Shown here: positions 6,005 to 14,176 of the stretch, piece by piece
Layout of the letters: each line of letters begins with the position of its first letter
Numbering within the stretch: the stretch's first letter is position 1
From: Acidobacteriota bacterium
GTDB lineage: Bacteria > Acidobacteriota > Terriglobia > Versatilivoradales > Versatilivoraceae
Reading direction: 5' to 3'
Assembly: GCA_028875135.1 (NCBI GenBank)
Contig: JAPPFQ010000149.1
Location: forward strand, 1-36,111
DNA: 36,111 nt
Translations under genes and position numbers: made by a program
Notes under the pieces: generated by a model
The model's input: the letters and a program-made list of their open reading frames with translations, nothing else
Databases searched by the model: none
Told to the model about the DNA's origin: nothing

Positions 6005-6898
6005 CTATTTCTCCTGGACTTGGACCTGCTCCAGCTTCTTCTTTGCTTGGGCAAGGGCGGGCCGTATATTGTTTTCTTGGATCTCTATGCTTCTCCGCAC
6101 TAAATTGAGCCCACCGAGATCCGTGGCTCGCTGCAGTTTCGGCCGTAGCGGCAGTATATTTTGCCGGCGGGCGAGGCGGGCCATGGTAACCCGATCCCCG
6201 GCCCATCGCTTCTCCCAGTAGTCGGTTTGCGCTGCCTGCACCTCTGTCAGGACCTCGATCAACTCCTCATGCATCCTGTCCAACTTTTCGATTCGCGCCG
6301 AGTAGGTCTTGCGTAATTCCTCCAGATCGGGCGGCGGCGGGGCTGGCTTGGCAGCAACCTTTTTCGGCGTAGAGACAGGAAGTCCTCTTGGTTTTGAAGC
6401 CAATCTATTCCGAGACTTCGAAGTTGATCGTGTCTTTCTTCTCGCCGCCGCCCGCTGGTGCGCTTCCTTGGCCTGCTGGACTGTTTTCTTGGCCCGCTCC
6501 GGCAAGTCTTCGGCGGAGGTGTAGAATCTTTCGGCGATAGAGCGCACACCCCTTATACTCTGCGCCAAACGAGGCAGCTCCAGATCTGTGTACTCCTTGA
6601 CATCCGTGCGTAAGGCCGCAATCTCATTCGACAGCTTCTTTTTCTTTTCCTCGTAGTCACTACGGGTAATCACGCCAGTCGAGAAAAAACCCTTGAGCTC
6701 GACTTCTGACCCTTCATAGATTTCCATGGCGGTCTTAGTCGCAGCGAGATGCTTCTCATAGACTTCTTCAACCTCGTCGAGGATCCCCAAGAGGGCTTCC
6801 CGGGTCTCGTCGGACTGTCTCTGCTCGGCACTCCGGCAGCCCAGCGACAACAGCACGACGGAGGCCAGCACGATTCCTGTGGTGAGTCGAGGGGTCAT
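6005..6898 (-). CDS. Coiled-coil, Lys/Arg-rich probable lipoprotein
   Basis: 297 aa from the ATG preceded by AGGAGAG. The ATG overlaps the recombinase stop (ATGA). The signal/lipobox-like N-terminus is MTPRLTTGIVLASVVLLSLGC, with a long helical E/K-rich body and a basic PKKVAAKPAPPPP linker. Confidence 0.6.
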   Translation of the reverse strand: MTPRLTTGIVLASVVLLSLGCRSAEQRQSDETREALLGILDEVEEVYEKHLAATKTAMEIYEGSEVELKGFFSTGVITRSDYEEKKKKLSNEIAALRTDVKEYTDLELPRLAQSIRGVRSIAERFYTSAEDLPERAKKTVQQAKEAHQRAAARRKTRSTSKSRNRLASKPRGLPVSTPKKVAAKPAPPPPDLEELRKTYSARIEKLDRMHEELIEVLTEVQAAQTDYWEKRWAGDRVTMARLARRQNILPLRPKLQRATDLGGLNLVRRSIEIQENNIRPALAQAKKKLEQVQVQEK

Positions 6899-7536
6899 TT
6901 CTTCTCTCCTTTGCCTTTGCCGATTGTGAACCGAGGCTTGTTTGGTCCTGTGCCGAAATTCTCTGCCTTTCCCAAGGGAAACCACCTGTAGAGCGTGTTC
7001 GTGCTGACCCCAAAATGTCGGGCGATGCTGGCCCGACTCATCTCTGGGTTATTTAGCAGCGTCATGGCTGTTTCGACAACCTGCCGGTCATGGAAGATGC
7101 TGGGTCGGCCCCAAGCCATGTCTTGCTCTTTCCGCTGAGAGGCGGCAAGCAAGGTACGCTCCGATATAAGTGAGCGTTCGAATTCCGCCAACGCTGCGAT
7201 GATCGCAAAGAACAGTTTTCCCATGGCTGTGCGAGTGTCGATCTGCTCGGTCAGGGACTGCAACTGAATTTTGCGCTCCTTGAGTGAACCGAGGATAGTG
7301 AGCAGGTGCTGGAGCGAGCGTCCCAGCCTGTCGAAGCGCCAGACTACCAGCGTGTCGCCGGTCGTCAATGTCGCCAGTGCTCGGTTCAGAGCGGGCCTCG
7401 CATGACGCGCCCCGGTCACATGATCAACGAAGATCTCGGCACATCCGGACGATTTCAGGACTTGAATCTGATGATCCGGATTCTGCTCCAATTTCGATAC
7501 ACGGGCATAACCGATACGCTGGGCTTTGTCCCTTAT
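6895..7536 (-). CDS. Small serine recombinase (resolvase/invertase family) with a C-terminal HTH
   Basis: IGYARVSKLEQNPDHQ (catalytic Ser motif), GDTLVVWRFDRLGRS, AEFERSLISERT and the C-terminal HTH SIARHFGVSTNTLYRW are present. The catalytic motif lies upstream of the first ATG/GTG/TTG (TTG at 7491). The start is placed at an in-frame ATA (7536) 5 nt after AGGAGG, and an in-frame TAA lies at 7563. Confidence 0.8.
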   Translation of the reverse strand: MRDKAQRIGYARVSKLEQNPDHQIQVLKSSGCAEIFVDHVTGARHARPALNRALATLTTGDTLVVWRFDRLGRSLQHLLTILGSLKERKIQLQSLTEQIDTRTAMGKLFFAIIAALAEFERSLISERTLLAASQRKEQDMAWGRPSIFHDRQVVETAMTLLNNPEMSRASIARHFGVSTNTLYRWFPLGKAENFGTGPNKPRFTIGKGKGEKK

Positions 7537-7640
7537 TTTGACCTCCTGATACAGCTCTAATTAGCTCTTGACGATTGGTTATGTATTTTCGTTACCTTCC
7601 GAGAGCCTGGACAAGGTGGTTTTATCACACAAAAAGCAGT

Positions 7641-7666
7641 GTGTCGAAATCGTTCGATTTGGTGAC
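7641..7666 (+). promoter_or_regulatory. hix-like 26-bp recombinase site, left (GTGTCGAAATCG-TT-CGATTTGGTGAC)
   Basis: 12-2-12 imperfect dyad. Bases 7645-7667 are a perfect 23-bp inverted repeat of 8012-8034. Confidence 0.55.
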
Positions 7667-8012
7667 GGAATCCGAACTGTAACACCGATATTTATTACCC
7701 AACAAGCAAAATGCGAAAAAAAACAATGCGGGAGGAGTAAGGCGATTGCGTCCCGGATGTCCCTACCAGAGGGAGTTCCGCCTGGCCTGGGCTCACCTGT
7801 CTCCTGAGGGTCCTCGGAGAGGCTCAGAAGCCCCCCCTTTCACCCCTCTTTTGCGAACTCTGGTGAAAAATGCGGGCTAGGAGTCCCCGGCCTAGAGCTG
7901 CTGTCCCCAGAGGCCGCCGCTCGGTTTCCTAGCTGCAACCTCCCTCTCCGAGCAGGTCTATCAGTATTCCCTTCAGGTATTTAGCAGATATTTTCGTTCC
8001 CTCCCAATCGAC

Positions 8013-8038
8013 GTCACCAAATCGAACGATTTCGTATC
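8013..8038 (-). promoter_or_regulatory. hix-like 26-bp recombinase site, right (inverted orientation)
   Basis: GTCACCAAATCG-AA-CGATTTCGTATC. It is the reverse complement of the left site except for the outer 3 nt and ends 30 nt before the virB2 ATG. Confidence 0.55.
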
Positions 8039-8068
8039 TGATCCCCACTATTGGCAGGAGGGCAGAGG

Positions 8069-8371
8069 ATGAAGAACACCAACTCTATCACCTGGAAGCA
8101 TCTTGTCCTGCTGGCGGTCTTTCTGGCGCTTTCAGCCGGAGAACTCCTGGCCCAGGGAACACCGCCGGCCAGTCCCTGGGAAAACGCCATCCAGGTACTG
8201 GAGACGGCCTTTACCGGCCCTATCGCTCGCGGTTTATCGCTGATTGCCATTGTTGTTGGCGGCTTGATGTTTGCCTTTGGAGAAGGCGGATCGAAGAAGG
8301 CGCTGGCCGGTATCGTCTTTGGCCTTGGCATGGCTATGGGTGCAGCGAACTTCCTGGGCTGGCTGTTCTAG
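8069..8371 (+). CDS. virB2: VirB2/TrbC-family T4SS pilin
   Basis: 100 aa from the ATG preceded by GGAGGG. It has a signal-like N-terminus (LVLLAVFLALSAGELLAQG) and two hydrophobic helices, and is the first gene of the T4SS cluster. Confidence 0.7.
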   Translation: MKNTNSITWKHLVLLAVFLALSAGELLAQGTPPASPWENAIQVLETAFTGPIARGLSLIAIVVGGLMFAFGEGGSKKALAGIVFGLGMAMGAANFLGWLF

Positions 8372-8378
8372 GTATTAC

Positions 8379-8675
8379 ATGCACGATCTGAAAATCTGGC
8401 GGGGGCATGCGACGCTGAGTGCGCCCTTGAAAATGATGGGCGTCGAGCGGCGCTGGTTTCTTCTCTCCGTAACGGTCGCCCTGGCGCTATGGAACGCGGT
8501 CAACTCCCTCCTGCTCGGAGGCATGATCTTTGGCGTTCTCTACACCGCCGGACTGCTGGCTTGGCGGAAAGATCCGGCCATGCTGTCCATTCTCAAAGTC
8601 TCGGCGAGCTGCCGCGCCCGATACGATCCGGGCAAGTGGAGCCCCTCTCCTTTTGTTGTGGTGATCCGCGAATGA
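8379..8675 (+). CDS. virB3: VirB3/TrbD-like T4SS inner-membrane protein
   Basis: 98 aa with LSAPLKMMGVERRWFLLSVTVALALW plus a second TM. It sits between the pilin gene and virB4, and its stop overlaps the virB4 start (ATGA). Confidence 0.65.
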   Translation: MHDLKIWRGHATLSAPLKMMGVERRWFLLSVTVALALWNAVNSLLLGGMIFGVLYTAGLLAWRKDPAMLSILKVSASCRARYDPGKWSPSPFVVVIRE

Positions 8676-11092
8676 ACCTTGCAGAAGAAGCCAAGGATTT
8701 CGAGGCGGCCGGGGCGCTGGCCGACGAGCTCCCCTATTGGGGCTGGCTCCCCGATGGCGAGTGCCTGCTTGGCCGCAACGGAAACCTCATAGCCATTGGC
8801 CAACTCTCTCCGACTCCTGTCGACGGCCGCGAGGCGGTTCACCTGGACCGCGTCATAGACCGCTGGCAACGCGCCCTGTCCAACCTTGACCACAAGATGC
8901 GGCTCTATTTCTACTTTCTCCGTCGGCCGCCGGAGATCCCCCAGCCGGTCAGCAACGCCAGCGAGGTGGTCCGCCTGTCCCAGCAGCGCCGGGCCGAGTT
9001 CCTGGCCGGCCGCGTTTCAGACGTTTCCGTCTTCGTCGCCTGGTGCTATGACTCGGGCCTTCAAGCAGCCAGCTCCGAGGTAGACAGCGGAGTGATCCCC
9101 TGGATGCGTCAGTGGATCACCCAACGCAAGAAGCCCAATGAGGCTGTCTATCTCCGTCGAGCTGTCGAAGCAGCGGCTGAGCAGTTTCGCCAGGCGGTCG
9201 CCGCCAGCCGGGCACTGGTCTCCGACATTACCCCCATCGACCTGCTGGGCCCCAAACAGGGCTCACGCTTTCTCTCCGAGCTGGTGAACCGTCCCGGAAC
9301 ACCCTGGAGCGGCGCCACAGACGCGGGTCTCAACTGGCAACTCGCCGTGTCCGAGCTGGAGGCCGAGCGGCGCTTTCTCCGCCTCGACGGTGTTCCCGCC
9401 GTGGTCTATTCCATGCTGTCCCCGCCCGGAGAGGCCAGGGCCAACCTCCTGGCCGATCTTTTTCGTCTGGACGCTACTTCGACTGTAAGCCTGGAGTGGA
9501 AGCGATGGGGGCTTGACGCCGCCCGGCGAAAGATCCGTAGCGCCCAAAAACACTACTTCTCAAAGCGCTATTCCATGGCCGCCCACATGCAGGACACCCA
9601 GGGAACGGCCGCCGCTATGACCGACACCGCCGCCGAGGCCGCCTCCAGCCGGCTGGGCTCCGCGCTTGTCGAGCTGGAGGCCGATGGTGTCTCCTACGGT
9701 TCCATCACCTGCACCGTTACCCTCCATGGCGACCATGAGCAGATCGACCACCTGGACGGCGAGGTCCGGAGGATCTTCAACACCTACGACGCCAAGGTGA
9801 TCCGGGAAGGATACGGCCAGCTTCCGGCCTGGTTCTGCCGGCTGCCCGGGCAGCCGCCCAGCCGCAACGTCCGCAGCGTTTTTGCATCCGCTGGCCTCTG
9901 CGCCTGTCTGGCCCCCCTCTTTGGGGCCTCCACAGGCAGACCCACCAGCAAACACTTGGGCCGGCCCGCCCTTGCCGTCCTGGAAACCCGGAACAAGACC
10001 CCCTACCACTATGACCTGTTCGCCGGCGACGTGGGCCACACCCTCATTCTCGGAGCGACCGGCGCGGGCAAGAGCTTCACTCTCAACTTCCTGTTGGTCT
10101 CAGCCCTTCAGTACGATCCCCGAGTTCTAATCCTCGATCTGGGCGGCTCCTACCGCTGGCTCACGTCCTTTCTGGGCGGTTCCTACCTGGAGCTTTCCCC
10201 TTCCGAGGAGGGAAGCGCCACTTTCAAGCTACGGCCGTTTTCCCTGCCGGCGACCGAGCGTACCTACCAATTCCTGGCCGGCTGGGTCGCGCGCCTGTTG
10301 AGGATCGGCGGCGGGGATCTCGCCGGAGCCGACACCACCGAGATTCACGACCGCATCGTGGATCTCTACAAACTCCCTCCGAACCACCGGACCCTGGGCG
10401 ACTTGGTCCGCACCCTGCCTCAAAAGATGTGGCCCCCGCTGTCCCGGTGGCACGGCTCGGGGGCCTGGGGCGCGGTCTTTGACAACCCGGCCACCGGCGA
10501 CGACCTGAAACTGGCCGACTGGCAAGTGATCGACCTGGCCGGCGCGGCCGAGCACGAGGACTTGTGCGAGGCCGCCCTTTTCTATCTGCTGGAGCGCTTG
10601 CGGCTCGCCCTGGAAGACCCGGACGAGACCGCCCGCGTCAAGCTCATGGTTGTGGACGAGGCCTGGCGCTATCTCCGCGACCCCGCCGTCCTGTCCTACC
10701 TGGCGGAAGCCGCCAAGACCTGGAGAAAGAAAAACGCCGCGCTGATCCTGGCCACGCAGTCCGCCGTTGACCTTACAGGCACCGCCGGTGCCGCCGCGCT
10801 GCTTGAGTCTCTCCCGACCAAGCTGTTTCTCGCCAATCCCGACCTGCCGTCCTCGGTCGCCGAAGTGTTCCACTTGAACGACCACGAGGTTGAGGCCATC
10901 CGAAGCCTCCTGCCCAAGCGGGAAATGTACCTGCGCCGCTCCGACGAGTTCGCCATTCTTCGGCTTAACGTGGACAGACAAGGCTACTGGCTCTACACGT
11001 CTTCCGCTGTGGACGCCGAGAAGCGGTCCCAGGCCGTTGAGCAGCACGGCCTGGTGCGCGGCATCGAACACCTTGCAAAGGGGGTCCAATGA
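8672..11092 (+). CDS. virB4: VirB4/TrbE-family T4SS ATPase
   Basis: 806 aa from the ATGA-coupled start, with Walker A LILGATGAGKSF and Walker B-like KLMVVDEAWRYL. Confidence 0.9.
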   Translation: MNLAEEAKDFEAAGALADELPYWGWLPDGECLLGRNGNLIAIGQLSPTPVDGREAVHLDRVIDRWQRALSNLDHKMRLYFYFLRRPPEIPQPVSNASEVVRLSQQRRAEFLAGRVSDVSVFVAWCYDSGLQAASSEVDSGVIPWMRQWITQRKKPNEAVYLRRAVEAAAEQFRQAVAASRALVSDITPIDLLGPKQGSRFLSELVNRPGTPWSGATDAGLNWQLAVSELEAERRFLRLDGVPAVVYSMLSPPGEARANLLADLFRLDATSTVSLEWKRWGLDAARRKIRSAQKHYFSKRYSMAAHMQDTQGTAAAMTDTAAEAASSRLGSALVELEADGVSYGSITCTVTLHGDHEQIDHLDGEVRRIFNTYDAKVIREGYGQLPAWFCRLPGQPPSRNVRSVFASAGLCACLAPLFGASTGRPTSKHLGRPALAVLETRNKTPYHYDLFAGDVGHTLILGATGAGKSFTLNFLLVSALQYDPRVLILDLGGSYRWLTSFLGGSYLELSPSEEGSATFKLRPFSLPATERTYQFLAGWVARLLRIGGGDLAGADTTEIHDRIVDLYKLPPNHRTLGDLVRTLPQKMWPPLSRWHGSGAWGAVFDNPATGDDLKLADWQVIDLAGAAEHEDLCEAALFYLLERLRLALEDPDETARVKLMVVDEAWRYLRDPAVLSYLAEAAKTWRKKNAALILATQSAVDLTGTAGAAALLESLPTKLFLANPDLPSSVAEVFHLNDHEVEAIRSLLPKREMYLRRSDEFAILRLNVDRQGYWLYTSSAVDAEKRSQAVEQHGLVRGIEHLAKGVQ

Positions 11093-12072
11093 TCCGAGAA
11101 TTTATCACCACTGCCCTTCAGGTGGGTGTCCTCTCTACCCTGGGCAGCGCCCTTACCATCACTGCCCTGCTGCCCTTCGCCCAGGACACACCCGCGCCGG
11201 CTGCCGAAAAGACAGCCGCTCAGACCCCTGGCGTCCTTCGCGTCCAGGCGCAGCCGGACCAGATCATCGAAGTCCGGACCAAAACCCGCCACACAACGGT
11301 CCTGGTCCTGCCCTCCGGGGAAAACATCCTCGACTTCGTCGTCGGCGACTCCGACTACTGGCACCTCTCGGGATCGGCCAACCTGGCCTATCTCAAGCCC
11401 CTTGACGAGAAGGTCCAGACCAACGTAGCCCTGGTCTGTGAGAGCGGCTCGATCTACTCATTCCTAGTCAAGGAAGCTCCCGATCCGCACCTCGTGGTCC
11501 GGATCGAGGCCGCAGGAGGTTCCGCTCCGGCTGGCCGCCCCGCCTTTATCGCCCGGTCGGCGGTTGACGACTACCGGGAAATGGCCCGCGCCGCAGGCCA
11601 GGCCGCCCGCGCGGCACGCGAAGCGGCCGATCTCAGGTCCACCCGCGCCGAGTCTCAAGCCGCCGATGCCGTCAATCAATTCAAGACTGACTACCCTGGG
11701 CGGCTGTCCTTTGCCTACCAGCTCGACAAGAAGGCCCACCAGTGGCCTTTCCTGGTTGACGCCATGTGGCATGACGGCCAGTTCACCTATCTCCGCAGCC
11801 GGGCGCAGGAGTCTCCCGCGATCTACGAGCTGAAGGACGGCAAGCCGAGCCTTGTCGCTTACGACCTCACTCCGGAAGGCCTCTACATCGCCCGTCACGT
11901 GCTCGGAGACGGCTGGCTCCGCATCGGCAAGAAGCGCGCCCGCTGGCGGTTCGATCCGGCGCGAGACTTCGCCCTGACTCCCCCTCAGAAGATCAAGCGG
12001 CTCTTGAGCGACGCCAAGCGGACCCTTGAAGGAGCCACGCGCGGGCCTTCACAGGAGGAGCCCAATGAGTAG
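11089..12072 (+). CDS. virB9: VirB9/TrbG-like T4SS outer-membrane core protein
   Basis: 327 aa with a signal-like N-terminus. IEVRTKTRHTTVLVLPSGENILDFVVGDSDYWHL...NLAYLKP...TNVALVCESGSIYSFLV and the C-terminal FTYLRS...PAIYELKDGKPSLVAY fit the VirB9 N- and C-domain patterns. The start is ATGA-coupled. Confidence 0.7.
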   Translation: MIREFITTALQVGVLSTLGSALTITALLPFAQDTPAPAAEKTAAQTPGVLRVQAQPDQIIEVRTKTRHTTVLVLPSGENILDFVVGDSDYWHLSGSANLAYLKPLDEKVQTNVALVCESGSIYSFLVKEAPDPHLVVRIEAAGGSAPAGRPAFIARSAVDDYREMARAAGQAARAAREAADLRSTRAESQAADAVNQFKTDYPGRLSFAYQLDKKAHQWPFLVDAMWHDGQFTYLRSRAQESPAIYELKDGKPSLVAYDLTPEGLYIARHVLGDGWLRIGKKRARWRFDPARDFALTPPQKIKRLLSDAKRTLEGATRGPSQEEPNE

Positions 12073-13432
12073 CCGCTGGAGCCGCCTCGTCCCCAAGCCC
12101 TCCGGCGCCATCCCCGGCGGCCTTTACGGCCAGATTGCCGTGGGCCTGACCACCCTGCTTGTCGCCGCCCTCATCATCTCCTACGCCATCCAGGGCGACT
12201 TGACCGAAGAACAAGCCCAAACACCAGCCGCCCAGCCTCCACTTGCCGGAGAACGCATCCAGCGCCAAGTGGATCGCCGCATTGATGAACGCCAACAACT
12301 CGAACAGAACCGCCAAGCGGCCCAAGCACGCGACCGCCTGCGCGCACAAATGCAACAGCCCGGCCCCGGCCAGCAGAGACCCCCGGGCCGACTTCTCAGT
12401 GCGGCCGGGGTGACACCCGGCGCGCCGGCTATCGCAGGCGGCTCGAGCCATTCCCTCGACTCCACCATCGACGCTGAACTCGCCGAGCAGGAGCTTCTCC
12501 AGGAACTCAAACTACAGGCCATCCGCCGCAAGCATGAGTCGCTGCGCTCAAAGCCGGTTGCCCATTCCGCTCGACCTGGACCAGGCCAGCAACCCCCGGC
12601 CCAGGTTGCCGCAGCTCCCCAATCCGGAACTGCGCCTGTTCCCGCTCCCGATCCCAGCGCCGAGCAGATTCGGAACATGCAGCGAGCGGCCGAAAACATG
12701 ATGCAGCTCGCCAACCAGGGCGTGACTCCCGCTGATCTTTCCGGACAACCCATGCTTCCGCCGGCTGCCGCCGGCCCGCCCGCGGCCCCAAATCAGCCGC
12801 CGGCGCATACTCCGGAAAATCCAGGCAGGGTGACTATCCCTGCCGATCCGGAAGGCTTTGAACGCATCTACGAGGGATCATTCCTGGAAGGCGCGCTGAT
12901 TACCCAACTATCGGGAGACTTCCCTGGACCGGCCTTGGCCCAGGTCTCCGTGCCTTTCTATTCCAGCGACCGGCAGCGCGTCCTGATCCCCAGGGGAACC
13001 CGCGCCATCGGCACGGCCCAGGCCGTAGGCAACCGCGACCAGACCCGCCTCGCCGTTGGGTTTCACCGCCTCATCTTTCCCGATGGGCGCTGGGTGTCGC
13101 TGAGGTTTGAAGGCCTGGACCAGATGGGAACGACAGCCCTCAAGGACAAGGTGAACCGCCACTACCTTCAGATGTTTGCCGCCTCCGGTGCCGTCGGCAT
13201 CCTGTCCGGCCTCACCCTGCAGGGCAGCAACCCCTACGCAGGGGGGCTTGAGGGCTTTCGCTCCGGCGCCGGCCAGGGTTTCGGACAGGCCGCAACCCAA
13301 ATCATGCAGCGGTTCCTCAATCGCCTGCCGACGATCACGGTCCGCGCCGGCCATCGGCTCAGGATCTGGTTCACCGCCGATGTACTGATACCGGCAGAGA
13401 CGGCTCCACAGACGGCAGGGCTTCGCCCTTGA
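12065..13432 (+). CDS. virB10: VirB10/TrbI-like T4SS core protein
   Basis: 455 aa from the ATG after AGGAGGAG. It has one TM (VGLTTLLVAALIISYAI), a Pro/Gln-rich linker, and the C-terminal GSFLEGALITQLSGDFPGPALAQVSVPFYS...VLIPRGTRAIG...RLAVGFHRLIFPDGRWVSL. Confidence 0.8.
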   Translation: MSSRWSRLVPKPSGAIPGGLYGQIAVGLTTLLVAALIISYAIQGDLTEEQAQTPAAQPPLAGERIQRQVDRRIDERQQLEQNRQAAQARDRLRAQMQQPGPGQQRPPGRLLSAAGVTPGAPAIAGGSSHSLDSTIDAELAEQELLQELKLQAIRRKHESLRSKPVAHSARPGPGQQPPAQVAAAPQSGTAPVPAPDPSAEQIRNMQRAAENMMQLANQGVTPADLSGQPMLPPAAAGPPAAPNQPPAHTPENPGRVTIPADPEGFERIYEGSFLEGALITQLSGDFPGPALAQVSVPFYSSDRQRVLIPRGTRAIGTAQAVGNRDQTRLAVGFHRLIFPDGRWVSLRFEGLDQMGTTALKDKVNRHYLQMFAASGAVGILSGLTLQGSNPYAGGLEGFRSGAGQGFGQAATQIMQRFLNRLPTITVRAGHRLRIWFTADVLIPAETAPQTAGLRP

Positions 13433-13438
13433 GAGAGG
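13395..13438 (+). repeat. Intergenic hairpin repeat, forward copy overlapping the virB10 stop
   Basis: CAGAGACGGCTCCACAGACGGC-AGGGC-TTC-GCCCT-TGAGAGAGG aligns along about 44 nt with 21637-21681. Confidence 0.7.
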
Positions 13439-13486
13439 CCTTCGGCCCGAGGTGGGGATGGACAGGGAAAAAAATCTATGCAGCTT

Positions 13487-13792
13487 TCAGGAAAGGAACC
13501 GGATCAAGGCGAGCGTCATGGTTGCGTTCGCCAAGATGATGGCGACAGCCACTCCCAGAGCGACCTTGAACATCGTGGCCTTGAGGTCGGCAATGTCCTG
13601 CTTGAGTTCAGACCTGACTTCGGCGATCTCTACTTTGAGGTCGGCGATCTCTGCTTTGAGGTCAGTCTTGGTGGCCAGCTCGGCATCCGAGCGGCTCATG
13701 ACGGCAACGACCGCCTCGGCCTGGCGGGAATCCATGCCGGCTTCTTCCAGCTGCTTGATCGTCGCGTGGGTGTCGAGGGTGTAGGGAGCCAT
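13487..13792 (-). CDS. DUF1640-like coiled-coil protein with a C-terminal TM
   Basis: 101 aa, MAPYTLDTHATIKQLEEAGMDSRQAEAVVAVM...ATKTDLKAEIADLKVEIAEVRSELKQDIADLK followed by a hydrophobic tail. An internal 21-bp tandem repeat lies at 13622-13663. Confidence 0.7.
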   Translation of the reverse strand: MAPYTLDTHATIKQLEEAGMDSRQAEAVVAVMSRSDAELATKTDLKAEIADLKVEIAEVRSELKQDIADLKATMFKVALGVAVAIILANATMTLALIRFLS

Positions 13793-13858
13793 GGACGTAG
13801 TGTAGCAGATGGCCAGTGAATCGGAACACTGAGTCCACAGGGGGGGATTGTATGCAGG

Positions 13859-14092
13859 CTAGGCTGCGGGGTCTTTGTGGCTGAACAGAGCCTGATAGAG
13901 ATTGTCGATGCGGGAGTGCAGGGCGGCGATGTCGGTTCGCATTTCCTGGCGGAGCGCGTCGATGCGGGAGTTGGTTTCCTTGATGTCCTGGCGCAGGATG
14001 CGAAACAGGGAAACCAGCAGCCCGGCCAGTATCCCCAACAGAGTGACGCCGGTCCCGATGACGGCAAGGATGATTGGCGTGGTATCGATCAT
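13859..14092 (-). CDS. Small N-terminal-TM coiled-coil protein
   Basis: 77 aa. The TM segment MIDTTPIILAVIGTGVTLLGILAGLLVSLF is followed by DIKETNSRIDALRQEMRTDIAALHSRIDNLYQALF. Confidence 0.55.
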   Translation of the reverse strand: MIDTTPIILAVIGTGVTLLGILAGLLVSLFRILRQDIKETNSRIDALRQEMRTDIAALHSRIDNLYQALFSHKDPAA

Positions 14093-14176
14093 GGGGACAG
14101 TCTAGCACGCTCCGGGTCTTATGACCGACCCGTAGCATCTGGAACTTCAGCAGTGCCGTCTTGAAAGGAGGAAGTC

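Larger units (their letters stand above)
3163..10517 (+). repeat. Copy 1 of an apparently perfect direct repeat of at least 7.35 kb (partner 28757..36111, offset 25,594)
   Basis: All six-frame ORF translations in the two intervals are identical and spot-checked nucleotide lines are identical. The last mismatches are at 3161-3162 vs 28755-28756. Confidence 0.9.

Noticed and set aside
7568-7807. 79-aa ORF inside and across the left switch site
   Set aside because: It has a TTG start without an SD, crosses the 26-bp recombinase site, and its composition and translation look non-coding. A 9-codon ATG micro-ORF (7711-7740) and a 48-codon TTG ORF after GGGAGGAG (about 7746-7892) were also noted but lack support.
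8271-8675. Longer ORF-track versions of virB3 (8271..), virB4 (8489..), virB2 (8051 TTG), virB10 (12026 TTG) and the DUF1640 genes
   Set aside because: The extensions overlap the preceding genes and lack an SD. Internal ATGs with an SD or ATGA coupling give products of canonical size.
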